The notes beneath the pieces are model-generated. The model saw nothing but the letters and a program-made list of their open reading frames with translations. It was not told the DNA's origin and did no database searches. Both the position numbers and the translations under genes were made by a program. Positions 32,221 through 40,612 of a DNA stretch of 49,403 bases are shown here, piece after piece. This DNA comes from a virus. The stretch's first letter is position 1, and each line of letters starts with the position of its first letter. The stretch covers positions 1 to 49,403 of the IMG/VR virus record IMGVR_UViG_3300045988_091734. One strand, written 5' to 3'.

Positions 32221-32640
32221 TCACTCTCCGTCCATATATCGCATAATTGCATCAATCGCTTCTTGGCAGCCCTTTGCCACAATGCAGCGGTAACCCTCTG
32301 CAGTTAGCATCTTCATGCGCTCTTTCTGCGATGTCGATACCGTCCCGCCCTTTCGCCGTTTCATCTCGATGAAAAGCCCATGTTCGCGTCCATTGGAGAC
32401 GGGCAGGAAGATGTCAGGCACTCCTGCACGCGTCCCGGTTCGCTTCATCCTCGCGGCGGTTGCTTTGGCGCGATAACCGCCGTTCGGGATGGCGAACATT
32501 CCTTTTAGCCACGGCTTCGTTGCGCTTTGAGCATCCGCCCAGCGGAAAAGGGCTTCCTGCTCTTCGTCCTCCGTCGGGATTACATCGGCATAAAGAGATC
32601 GCCGTGTAGTCCGCACTTTGGATTTGTACATTTTACCCAT
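32221..32640 (-). CDS. VRR-NUC domain nuclease
   Basis: EEQEALFRW...IPNGG...GVPDIFL...GLFIEMKRRKG...SQKE...GY fits the PD-(D/E)xK VRR-NUC pattern. Confidence 0.7.
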   Translation of the reverse strand: MGKMYKSKVRTTRRSLYADVIPTEDEEQEALFRWADAQSATKPWLKGMFAIPNGGYRAKATAARMKRTGTRAGVPDIFLPVSNGREHGLFIEMKRRKGGTVSTSQKERMKMLTAEGYRCIVAKGCQEAIDAIMRYMDGE

Positions 32641-32738
32641 GCGCCTCCCTGAACATCAATCGTAGTGTATCGCTTCATCACTGCGTTGCAAACCGGGCAG
32701 ATTGACAGCGCGTTCAGCCAATCTTGCTTTTCGACCAT
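32580..32738 (-). CDS. small zinc-ribbon (Lar-like) protein
   Basis: ATG 32738 follows a strong AGGAGGGGGAG RBS. CPVC...CTNPKC; 52 aa; overlaps the VRR-NUC start by 61 nt. Confidence 0.5.
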   Translation of the reverse strand: MVEKQDWLNALSICPVCNAVMKRYTTIDVQGGAWVKCTNPKCGLHGDLFMPM

Positions 32739-32822
32739 GCTCCCCCTCCTTTCTGCGCCTTGATGCACATAGCGGCAACCTGCACAGCTTCACAAGGGTA
32801 AGTACCCAGTTTTTGTTATTGT

Positions 32823-33299
32823 TCATCTTTGTCCCCCCCACGGCGTTTTCGCCATTTCTTCCAGCGTGGGTTTTCTCAACCAGCACCGTCCTTGCGTCCA
32901 GTCAATGTTTTCGTCGCAAAGATTGATGGTTTCGCATCCCCTACCATAAGCGTACATATATTCTACCCATCCCGGTTCAAAAACCTTTCCGTCGCGAGAT
33001 TCGCACCATATAAAACCGGTGTAGGATTTTAGTTCGGTCGGAGTCAGCACGCGGTTTGGCTCTTGCCAGCGCTTCATAGCCTTTTCGCGAACAACTTCAT
33101 AAGCGTCTTTCTCTGTTTTCTCTCCATAAACGAACGGTGCAACCGACCAGCATTGAGTACAAGTCGCTTGCGTGCACCACCCTGCTTTTGCGCCCACTAA
33201 AGATGCATCGTAATCGTTTTCGTGCGCGAATATCGGCTTTTCGATTCTTAGTTCTGCGCCGCAGTACGGACAGCGCGGCATGGGCTTTTTCTCACTCAT
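32823..33299 (-). CDS. Lar-like zinc-ribbon protein with conserved C-terminal CW.RKPT.EE motif
   Basis: PRCPYCGAEL...CTQC; C-terminal GRCWLRKPTLEEMAKTPW; ATGAGTGA overlap with the upstream gene. Confidence 0.65.
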   Translation of the reverse strand: MSEKKPMPRCPYCGAELRIEKPIFAHENDYDASLVGAKAGWCTQATCTQCWSVAPFVYGEKTEKDAYEVVREKAMKRWQEPNRVLTPTELKSYTGFIWCESRDGKVFEPGWVEYMYAYGRGCETINLCDENIDWTQGRCWLRKPTLEEMAKTPWGGQR

Positions 33300-33774
33300 T
33301 CCCGTCCCTCCATTCTTTTTTTTGTTCTTCCTCTGTCGGCTTTCTTAGCCAAAACCGCGTTTTCGTGAGCTCTTTCGGCTCTTTTATCAGTTGCATTATT
33401 GTCGGTTGCGTCGCGTCATACGTCCACATTGGCGATTCCAGCACGATGAAGAAGTCGAAGAAATCATTTTCCGCGTACCAGCACAGCAGATAAAGCGAAT
33501 CACCATCTTGCAGCATCGACCACACAAGACGTTCTTGTCTCACCTCTTCCATTGTCAGTTCACGATTGCAAGGATTGCAAAAAAGACTTGTCGCTGCTTT
33601 GTATGCCTTGCTTTCTGCCTCTTCCGTGCTTTCGGCGTATACATGCGGAGAATCCACGTCGCAGTTGGTACAGCGATAATACGCTTCGTAACCAGCGCCG
33701 TTTGGCGTGAATTTTTTCAGGCGCATCATGTATCCGCACCACGGGCAACGTGGCAGATTTTTGTATTTACTCAT
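33292..33774 (-). CDS. Lar-like zinc-ribbon protein, paralog of 32823..33299
   Basis: ATG 33774 (ATGAGTAA overlap). PRCPWCGYMM...CTNC; C-terminal TRFWLRKPTEEEQKKEW. Confidence 0.65.
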   Translation of the reverse strand: MSKYKNLPRCPWCGYMMRLKKFTPNGAGYEAYYRCTNCDVDSPHVYAESTEEAESKAYKAATSLFCNPCNRELTMEEVRQERLVWSMLQDGDSLYLLCWYAENDFFDFFIVLESPMWTYDATQPTIMQLIKEPKELTKTRFWLRKPTEEEQKKEWRDGNE

Positions 33775-34171
33775 CGTCGCAATCCTCCTTCGGTTCATCC
33801 GGGTACGGAATCCAGTGTGTGATGCTCACAGGCTTGCCGGGGTACATTTTGTCGCAAAACTCTTGCGTATCTGTATAAAAATACAAATTGGTATAATTGC
33901 AATGTTCTTTCTCGTCGAAACCAAGAACATACATTTCTTTCGACGGAAGCACCTTGTCCACGGAAAACCATTTCGACGCTCTGCGATTCCACTTTTCAAC
34001 CACATCAGAATACTTCTTCCCTCCAACAGCGCTCTGTTGGCAATGCAGGCATAAGCAGATCCAATCTCCAGCGAAATACGGCATCCCCATCAAAATCATT
34101 GTATTTGGAGCTTGGTATACATCAGGACTTCTTCCACAGAACGGACACGGTTTCAGATTACAATCCTGCAT
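33767..34171 (-). CDS. Lar-like zinc ribbon fused to a DUF551-like C-terminal domain
   Basis: LKPCPFCG...CLHC...VEKWNRRA (Lar signature), then ...SITHWIPYPDEP (DUF551-like ending). Confidence 0.6.
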   Translation of the reverse strand: MQDCNLKPCPFCGRSPDVYQAPNTMILMGMPYFAGDWICLCLHCQQSAVGGKKYSDVVEKWNRRASKWFSVDKVLPSKEMYVLGFDEKEHCNYTNLYFYTDTQEFCDKMYPGKPVSITHWIPYPDEPKEDCDDE

Positions 34172-34349
34172 TCTTCTTTCTCCTTTCGTCGTTGTTCCAC
34201 GCTCTCACGGCTTCCGTCTTTGTCCTTTTCGTTCTCCCTGCCCATCCGCATATGCACATCACACACCACCCGTTTTCGCCGAGAATTGTATGCCACATTT
34301 CGGGATTCTCGCGTCCGCAATTCGGACAAGGTAGCCTTTTTAGTAACAT
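34158..34349 (-). CDS. Lar-family restriction-alleviation-like zinc-ribbon protein
   Basis: 63 aa, LPCPNCG...CICGWAGRTKRTKTEAVRAWNN. Confidence 0.6.
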   Translation of the reverse strand: MLLKRLPCPNCGRENPEMWHTILGENGWCVMCICGWAGRTKRTKTEAVRAWNNDERRKKNAGL

Positions 34350-34693
34350 TGCGCACCATTACCCCCTAAACTTGTTGATATAGCGGCGACCTCTTGCGTA
34401 ATCCAGCTCTTAAAGGTTTTTGCTTCGGGCTTGCTGCTACCGAGAACGAGAGCATATAGACCGCTTTCGCTGACGCAAGCCAATTTGCGTTCTTGGAACG
34501 TTCCGTTCGAGCTGGTATGCGTTAAACGCACTGTAACTCTTTCGTCCTTATCAAGGCGGCTCGTCGCTGTTGGGTCGATGACCAGCGCTCGACAAATGTC
34601 AATCGTCACAAACCACAGTTTTTGTTCTCCCTCTTCGATGAACACTCGGATGTTCCCAAACTGTTCGCTTTCCAAAATGATGATTTTGTGCAT
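34340..34693 (-). CDS. Bro-N domain protein (antirepressor-like N-terminal domain)
   Basis: FGNIRVF..EGEQKLWFVTIDICRAL...SESGLYALVLGSSKPEAKTFKSWITQEV. The second ATG (34693) has the better RBS spacing. Confidence 0.65.
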   Translation of the reverse strand: MHKIIILESEQFGNIRVFIEEGEQKLWFVTIDICRALVIDPTATSRLDKDERVTVRLTHTSSNGTFQERKLACVSESGLYALVLGSSKPEAKTFKSWITQEVAAISTSLGGNGAQCY

Positions 34694-34706
34694 GACTTCC
34701 ATCCTT

Positions 34707-36014
34707 CTATTCCTTTTTTAGGCAAGTATATCGCATGTGCGGCTTGTCGAAGCCAAGATGCACAAGCCCCGTTGCGCCGTTTCTGTTCTTCCTGATTCTG
34801 CACGTCTGCCACGTCAACCCGTTCGCTTGGCAATTGTGGTACATCTGCCATCTGTCGCTGTTCGCGTCCTGCGGCTCTTCCGGCTCGTGCAGGATGAGAA
34901 ACACGTTCGCGTCCTGCTCAATCGCGCCGCTGTCTCTCGCTTGTGACATATCCGGCTCGCTTCTTGTCGACTTGCCGAATCCCTTCTCGCTTTCGCGGTT
35001 GAACTGCGTCATACACAGCAGCGGAACGCCTAAATCCATCGCCATCAGCTTTAACTCGCGGCTGATTTGCGTGACTTCCTCCGTGCGGTTTCCGCACTTC
35101 TCATCGGCTCGCATGAGCTGGATGTAATCAACTACAATCAGGCTCAACCCCTGCTTGCTCGCCTTCATTTTCGCCGCTGCGTTGCGGATTTGACGCGGTG
35201 TAACCGCTCTTTCCTCGATGGTAACTGGTAAATCTGCAAGTGCCTGATAGCAGGGCGAAATTTGCGCGAAATCTTCTAACTCCATCTTGCCCGTGGAAAT
35301 TTTCTGCAAGTCCACGCCGGATTCATTCGCCATGAATCGCGCCGCAATTTCAACCGGGTTCATTTCCAGCGACACAAGCAGCACCCCGCCGCCGTGCTCC
35401 GCAACGTACTTCGCCATGTAGATAGCAAGTGACGTTTTACCGACACCCGGACGTGCGCCGATGTAGATTAGCTGCCCCGGCTTGAAGCCGCCCAGCATCA
35501 CGTCAAGGTCTGCGATTCCACAAGTTACGCCCTCCTTCTTGTCGAAAGAATTCGCAAGCATGAGCGACGCTTCGTGCATCGTAACCCCGTCGTTGACAGC
35601 GGTTGACGACTGTGCCGCCGCCGCGCAATCCGCTTGCAACGATTCCACCGACGCGCCCGGATTTCCTACATCTTGCAGGATTTTTCGCGCCAGCGTCGCC
35701 AGTTCGCGGCGTTTCGCGCACTCTGCCAAAATCGCTATGTACTGCCGTGACATGACAGGCGAAATACCCATCTGCACGCATTGCATCAAGAGGGCGGTAT
35801 CTTGGAAGTCGCATTGCACTTCTGCATCCAGCGTCACAAGGTCAACGTTTTTCCCCTGCTTCACAAGGCGCATGATTCCGCGCTGACAGGCTTGCATCTG
35901 CTTTAAGCCAAAGAGCGCATCAGGCAGAGCGGCGACCTCTTGCGCCACGATTGCATCTTGCATTGCCAGCCCAATCAGACTTTTTTCCGCGTCCTCGTTG
36001 ATGTATGCGTCCAT
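34707..36014 (-). CDS. dnaB: replicative DNA helicase DnaB
   Basis: GARPGVGKTSLAIYMA Walker A, LIVVDYIQLM Walker B, N-terminal DnaB-type helical domain. Confidence 0.9.
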   Translation of the reverse strand: MDAYINEDAEKSLIGLAMQDAIVAQEVAALPDALFGLKQMQACQRGIMRLVKQGKNVDLVTLDAEVQCDFQDTALLMQCVQMGISPVMSRQYIAILAECAKRRELATLARKILQDVGNPGASVESLQADCAAAAQSSTAVNDGVTMHEASLMLANSFDKKEGVTCGIADLDVMLGGFKPGQLIYIGARPGVGKTSLAIYMAKYVAEHGGGVLLVSLEMNPVEIAARFMANESGVDLQKISTGKMELEDFAQISPCYQALADLPVTIEERAVTPRQIRNAAAKMKASKQGLSLIVVDYIQLMRADEKCGNRTEEVTQISRELKLMAMDLGVPLLCMTQFNRESEKGFGKSTRSEPDMSQARDSGAIEQDANVFLILHEPEEPQDANSDRWQMYHNCQANGLTWQTCRIRKNRNGATGLVHLGFDKPHMRYTCLKKE

Positions 36015-36016
36015 CT

Positions 36017-36793
36017 TTAACTACTCCACGCTTTCGCTAATTCTTCCAACTTCACCCGTACCTCTGGATGCTCCGTTTGCTGGTTTTTGACGCAGCTCAG
36101 GAATACATCTCTTTGCTTGACTTTCGGCGGCTCGTGCACTTCAATTTCATCCGTACTATTGATAAACCTTATCGGGTGCTTTTCCGCCTCAATCCGCGCT
36201 TGCTCTCGTTGCGCTTCTTTTTGTTTTTCTTTCGCGCGTCCGTTGATTACGCCTTTGAGGTATCGGATGTTAGGCTTCCCAGATTCTCCGGCGATTTTGA
36301 CGCATTCCAGCACCTCTTCCGCGCCGTTGTCCGCCACAAGCTGGTTGAGCGTCTCCATCGTCGCCGTCGTGTCGGGGAATCCTTGCCGTTGTGCTTCGTC
36401 CAGCACATCGTTTGTTCCCTGCTGGATTTCTGCGGCTTCTTCGTCGCTGATGAAGGGTGCAGGGGTATGTACTTCGAGCTTTTGCTCTGGTTCGACGTTG
36501 AGCGATGCCTGTGGCGCTTCGTGCTGCTGGATTTCTTCGGACTTTGCTTTCTTCGGACGACCGCGTCCGCCCGCCTTGCCACCTGCGGAACGCACCTCGT
36601 GAATCTTGCATACCTTTTCACATTCTCGCAATAGCGCAAGGTACAAAAACGCTGCGTTTCCGTCCGGTTCTACATCCTCTCCCGTCGCCACATAATCAAG
36701 AATGGCTTTAAGCGCACGTCCGGCTTCTTCGTCGGAAAGTCTCGCGATTTCCCGGCGCATGGCTACTTGCACAGGCACATACTCAAGCTCCAT
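36017..36793 (-). CDS. replication initiation/replisome organiser protein with DnaD-like C-terminal domain
   Basis: C-terminal ...TMETLNQLVADNGAEEVLECVKIAGESGKPNIRYLKGVINGRA is DnaD/DnaB_2-like; sits upstream of dnaB. Confidence 0.65.
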   Translation of the reverse strand: MELEYVPVQVAMRREIARLSDEEAGRALKAILDYVATGEDVEPDGNAAFLYLALLRECEKVCKIHEVRSAGGKAGGRGRPKKAKSEEIQQHEAPQASLNVEPEQKLEVHTPAPFISDEEAAEIQQGTNDVLDEAQRQGFPDTTATMETLNQLVADNGAEEVLECVKIAGESGKPNIRYLKGVINGRAKEKQKEAQREQARIEAEKHPIRFINSTDEIEVHEPPKVKQRDVFLSCVKNQQTEHPEVRVKLEELAKAWSS

Positions 36794-36815
36794 TTGCTAC
36801 CTCCATCAGCCGCCG

Positions 36816-37217
36816 TTAGAACGGCAAATCCTCATCGTATACCGGGGTGTACTGCGGCGCTGGCGGTTGAGCCGCCTCATGCGCCGTCTGCGGTGCATCA
36901 TGCTTCGCGCTGTCCAGAAACTCGACATCTTGCGCGAATACTTCCAGCGTCGCGCGTGTGCTTCCGTCGTTGGCGTTGTATGTGCTGACGCTGACGCTGC
37001 CAATCACGCACACCTTGCGCCCCTTGGCAAGGTACTTTTGGCACGTTTCCGCTTGCTTGTCCCAGACGGAAACGCGGAAAAAGTCTGCTTCCGTCCTTTC
37101 GCCCGGTTTCGCGCGGCGATTGACCGCAACCGTGAAGTTGGCGACACTCTTGCCGCTCTGCGTCGTGCGCAGCTCAACGTCCCGCGTCAGATTCCCGATG
37201 ATTGTCAACTTGTTCAT
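36816..37217 (-). CDS. ssb: single-stranded DNA-binding protein
   Basis: MNKLTIIGNLTRDVELR...FFRVSVW OB-fold signature and acidic tail ...YDEDLPF. Confidence 0.9.
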   Translation of the reverse strand: MNKLTIIGNLTRDVELRTTQSGKSVANFTVAVNRRAKPGERTEADFFRVSVWDKQAETCQKYLAKGRKVCVIGSVSVSTYNANDGSTRATLEVFAQDVEFLDSAKHDAPQTAHEAAQPPAPQYTPVYDEDLPF

Positions 37218-37887
37218 TGCTTTTCCTTCCCAGCTTGTACAGCTTAGCTATTTTCTCGTCGATTTTTACTGGCTGAATGTGGTACTTCTCGTCGAAATCC
37301 GCCTGTGCCATCGTGTGGCACTCTGTGTGATGTACCCGGCAAAGCGGTACGCAAGTCAGCCCGATATGATTGATTTCCGTGCGGTCTGCGCCCATGCCGA
37401 CGCGCTCCCAGTGATGCAAGTCTGACGGTCTGCGTCCGCAAACGGCGCATTGCTTGTGCATCACGCAAGCATAGATATACGCGCCGATGTCCTCCGCATA
37501 CTCCACAAGCGGCTGTTTTGTCTGGATGTCGTTGACCACGCAAAACTCAACAAGCCAGTCGATGTAAAGCCGCGCGGTTGTCATATCCACGTCAGACAGG
37601 CTGAATGCCTTGATTGCCTCCGCTTGCAGCTTGTCAATTCGCGCTCGCAGAAACTCCGCCTTGAGCATCGTGTTGAGGTCGCTCTTGTCGCTCTGTCCGA
37701 TGTATCCAGTCGCGGCGGCTATCTCGCCAATCAGTGCCCACGCCTTGCGCCGTTGCTCTGGACTGATTGTGCGGCAGTCCTGCCATAGCACCGTGACGGT
37801 ATCCGATAGATTTTCCGCATCGGGGCGGGCAGTCTGAATTGTCAGACTGCCCGGCTGCTCGATGACTTTGCCTATTGTCGCAATCAT
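37174..37887 (-). CDS. HNH-type (DUF968-like) nuclease-related protein
   Basis: CAVCGRRPSDLHHWERVGMGADR...PLCRVHHTECH. Confidence 0.55.
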   Translation of the reverse strand: MIATIGKVIEQPGSLTIQTARPDAENLSDTVTVLWQDCRTISPEQRRKAWALIGEIAAATGYIGQSDKSDLNTMLKAEFLRARIDKLQAEAIKAFSLSDVDMTTARLYIDWLVEFCVVNDIQTKQPLVEYAEDIGAYIYACVMHKQCAVCGRRPSDLHHWERVGMGADRTEINHIGLTCVPLCRVHHTECHTMAQADFDEKYHIQPVKIDEKIAKLYKLGRKSNEQVDNHRESDAGR

Positions 37888-38300
37888 GGCTCACTCCACG
37901 GCTCGCGTTTTGTTTCTTCGCGTGTCGGCTCTTTCTCCCAGCACCGCCACTTTGTGCCGTAAGCGGTGGGATAGACAAAAAACGAACCAATGCCGAGATT
38001 GTAGCAAGGAATGACTTGCCACAAATTTCCGCCCATCTTGAACCACGCGAGAATCGAGCTGTTATCGCGACGTTCCAGCCACACACGCGCCGTCTTTTGG
38101 TTCTGCGTGATTGCTTCGGCAAACGTCAGAACGCGATTTCGCTGCTTAGTCGGCATCGTCATTTCTTCCTCCCTTGGCGGAAATTCTGAATCGCACGTCG
38201 GGCAGCGAAGCCGTGCGGTTCTTCTTGCCGTGTCGAGGAAAACGCATTTCATTTCACCGTCGCAGTACGGGCATCGCGGCATAAACTCTTCATTAGGCAT
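37884..38300 (-). CDS. zinc-ribbon protein, third member of the CW..(K/E)PT.EE family
   Basis: PRCPYCDGEM...CPTCDSEF; C-terminal WRCWEKEPTREETKREPW. Confidence 0.6.
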   Translation of the reverse strand: MPNEEFMPRCPYCDGEMKCVFLDTARRTARLRCPTCDSEFPPREEEMTMPTKQRNRVLTFAEAITQNQKTARVWLERRDNSSILAWFKMGGNLWQVIPCYNLGIGSFFVYPTAYGTKWRCWEKEPTREETKREPWSEP

Positions 38301-38526
38301 CCTTTTCCGCCCCTTTCTCCATGCGTTCTGCTTTACGTTTGTAGTAACGTTCCCGTGCGACTTTACAGATTTTTTCTCTATGCGCTAAGTAATGCTTTCG
38401 ATTACGTTTCCGCTGCTGTTCTCTGTTTTCCCAATAATATTCACGATGCCGTTTTTGCAGCTCTTCTTTGTGCGCTTGATAGTAAGCCCGCTGATATTCG
38501 CGATACGCTTCCCCACGTTCAGCCAT
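38293..38526 (-). CDS. small basic R/K/Y/E-rich hypothetical protein
   Basis: ATG 38526 (ATGGCTGA overlap); 77 aa with repeated REYY/RERYY-type motifs. Confidence 0.5.
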   Translation of the reverse strand: MAERGEAYREYQRAYYQAHKEELQKRHREYYWENREQQRKRNRKHYLAHREKICKVARERYYKRKAERMEKGAEKDA

Positions 38527-39097
38527 TTGCGTCAGCTCGCTTTCCTGTAATAAATTCCGCCCTCGGCAACGTCTCAATCCAAGCGCAGAACGCCCTCCAT
38601 TCCGGCAGACGGTGATTCCTGCGCTGCTGATAAATCGTTTTGAGTTGCCGGTAGTTGGTGGTCATTCGCGCCGTCAGCCGCAAGCCAACAGGCACGTTAT
38701 AGAGAACTGCAAGATACCGTTCCGGCGTGTGAGATGCATTGTACTCTGTAATCAGCTTCTCCACAAGCTCGATTGCCTCCCGGCGAACGTATGGAACGCA
38801 CTGCTTGTCGATGTCCATGCTCATAATTCGGTGCATGGTGGACTGGCTCGAAACAAAGTCCAGAAAATGATACCGCTCGGCTTCAACCCACGCCTTGATT
38901 GTAAACGTGAGGTCGAACTGCACGACGATTCCCGTCAAAAACTGGTCGTGTCCGCTCCCCGTCTGGCAGTTGGCAAGCGCCATTGTCCGCTCTGTGACTT
39001 CCGCGCTGCAATTCTCCGTGTCGGTTGCCATCGGATAGCGGCTTGCCTTTACACTCGACACAAGCCCCATGATTTCAACGTTGCTGACTACATTCAT
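38519..39097 (-). CDS. ThyX-like fold protein with degenerate active-site motif (tentative)
   Basis: GSGHDQFLTGIVVQFDLTFTIKAW..AERYHFLDFVSSQS parallels ThyX GHE.P.EH..F.F......R...RHR..S..E.S.RY but lacks RHR and S.RY. Confidence 0.4.
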   Translation of the reverse strand: MNVVSNVEIMGLVSSVKASRYPMATDTENCSAEVTERTMALANCQTGSGHDQFLTGIVVQFDLTFTIKAWVEAERYHFLDFVSSQSTMHRIMSMDIDKQCVPYVRREAIELVEKLITEYNASHTPERYLAVLYNVPVGLRLTARMTTNYRQLKTIYQQRRNHRLPEWRAFCAWIETLPRAEFITGKRADANG

Positions 39098-39447
39098 TGC
39101 TTTTCCCCTTTCTCAATTCGCTCCACCATATCAAATGGGTCGTCGAAATCCAGCCTGATGCCCGTCTTCTCCAACACATCATCAACCAATTCTGCTGTTG
39201 TGAAGTACGCGCCGGGTTGAAGATACTTTTGCGTTGCCGTCAGCATCCGATGAATCCGCTGTGCGCCGAAACCAAACTCCTCTTTCATCGCAAGGCACAT
39301 CGCGGCGAAAATCATCTTGATTGCATGACGTTCCGCGTCCTTCGCTCCGCGCTCATACTCCCGTTCGTAGTCCCCCCGCGCTCGCATGATAACCGATGTG
39401 GCGTGTGTCATGTCTCGCGCCGCTCTTCTGCGTTCTGCTCTATTCAT
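39094..39447 (-). CDS. hypothetical protein
   Basis: ATG 39447 shares one base with the ERF stop (TGATG); 117 aa. Confidence 0.55.
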   Translation of the reverse strand: MNRAERRRAARDMTHATSVIMRARGDYEREYERGAKDAERHAIKMIFAAMCLAMKEEFGFGAQRIHRMLTATQKYLQPGAYFTTAELVDDVLEKTGIRLDFDDPFDMVERIEKGEKQ

Positions 39448-40127
39448 CACGATGCCTCCCGGAAGTTGGCTTTCACCGCGTCCATCAGCGCCTTTGCGTC
39501 CGCCATCGTCATCTCTTTCGTCGGGATGTTGCGGACAATGTTCGCTTCCACCAGCGCGGCGCGAACCCGGCTCAACTCCTGCGTATCCATGCCGATGTTG
39601 CTGCACTCACGCATGATGTAGTTCGTCGGCGTTTCCGTCTGGTTTTCTGCTGGCTTGGGCTGCGGCTTCGGCTGTTCCGGCTTCTTCGGCTGCTCGTGCT
39701 TGGTTTCGTAGCTCTCGCTGTCCGGGTCGGTCATTTCCTCGGTCGGGATGCAGAAGACCTGAAACAGCGCGTATTTGTAGGCAATCGCCATTGCCTTGTT
39801 GCTTGCCTTGTCGCCGCTGTCCATGCCCTCGCCCAGCGTCACTGCCTCGACAAAACTGCCGTCGGTGGCATAGAAGCGGAACGCGATTTTAAGAAGACTG
39901 TACCGCAGTTCTCCACCTTTCGCTGTTACCTTGATTTCTCGCGTCTGCTCCAAAACCTGTGGAACAGTGAAAATCTTGTTTTTCGTCAGGATGGGCTTCA
40001 AGGCGTTCATCACATCGTCGATGCCGCGGAACTTAAAACCCTGCTGCTGGTTGTACTTGTCCTTGCCGATTGCGGAAATGTCCGCCATCGCCGCGCTGAT
40101 TGCTGCGTAAATCTGCCCGTTTTCCAT
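39447..40127 (-). CDS. ERF-family single-strand annealing recombinase
   Basis: IYAAISAAMADISAIGKDKYNQQQGFKFRGIDDVMNALKPIL...KASNKAMAIAYKYALFQVFCIP matches the ERF signature as recalled. Confidence 0.7.
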   Translation of the reverse strand: MENGQIYAAISAAMADISAIGKDKYNQQQGFKFRGIDDVMNALKPILTKNKIFTVPQVLEQTREIKVTAKGGELRYSLLKIAFRFYATDGSFVEAVTLGEGMDSGDKASNKAMAIAYKYALFQVFCIPTEEMTDPDSESYETKHEQPKKPEQPKPQPKPAENQTETPTNYIMRECSNIGMDTQELSRVRAALVEANIVRNIPTKEMTMADAKALMDAVKANFREAS

Positions 40128-40130
40128 GAC

Positions 40131-40394
40131 TTATTTCCTCCCTATCATGCTTCTCATTCTCTCGGCGGCGGCTTTCCGCTGTTCATCCGTCATATTTACG
40201 CGCTTCGGCGGCGAAACTTTCAGCCACTTCGCCGGGACTTTACAATACAGGCAACCGTGATTTTCCTGCGGCGTTTTTACAATCTCGACTTCTTCCGGGT
40301 GCTCGTATCGCAGTCGCATGATGCGTGTGATAAACCATTTTTCATCCGTAGAAATCCACATCGTTTTGTCCGTGTACTCCAAGCACGTTTCCAT
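40131..40394 (-). CDS. hypothetical protein
   Basis: 87 aa ORF in the operon; no motif recognised. Confidence 0.55.
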   Translation of the reverse strand: METCLEYTDKTMWISTDEKWFITRIMRLRYEHPEEVEIVKTPQENHGCLYCKVPAKWLKVSPPKRVNMTDEQRKAAAERMRSMIGRK

Positions 40395-40409
40395 CGTGTC
40401 CTCCTCTTG

Positions 40410-40607
40410 TCAGAACTCGTTCCGTCTCTGATACTGGTCGTTCCTGCGCTTCTCCCAGCGCCAATCTTCACCCGTTCGGCTGGCTTCATCAACCCTCCGC
40501 ACGGGCTTCCTGCACCCGCGCGGCACTTCTTCCGTCTGGCTGCATCCGCAGTCACAGCGCTCCCCGCTATCCAGATATGCCCAGCACAGGCAGCAGCGTC
40601 TTGCCAC
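40410..40607 (-). CDS. small Cys-rich hypothetical protein
   Basis: CCLCW...CDCGC; GTG 40607 lies 8 nt after AAGGGG. Confidence 0.45.
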   Translation of the reverse strand: MARRCCLCWAYLDSGERCDCGCSQTEEVPRGCRKPVRRVDEASRTGEDWRWEKRRNDQYQRRNEF

Positions 40608-40612
40608 GAAAC

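Noticed and set aside
32656-32826. Alternative 56-aa ORF (MNNNKNWVLTLVKLCRLPLC...) in an ATGA overlap with the stop of 32823..33299
   Set aside because: It overlaps the better-supported zinc-ribbon ORF 32580..32738 (strong AGGAGGGGGAG RBS, paired CxxC motifs) by 83 nt, and its sequence is Arg-rich and featureless. It cannot be fully excluded.
33887-33895. Plus-strand TGgTATAAT extended -10 inside the Lar-DUF551 gene. TTTACT-16-TACAAT at 41971-41998 and TTGACC-17-TGtTACAAG at 47840-47868 were also considered
   Set aside because: These are possible antisense or internal promoters, but there is no associated terminator, conserved context or ORF. They are weaker than the nine exact-consensus sites, so they are left unannotated.
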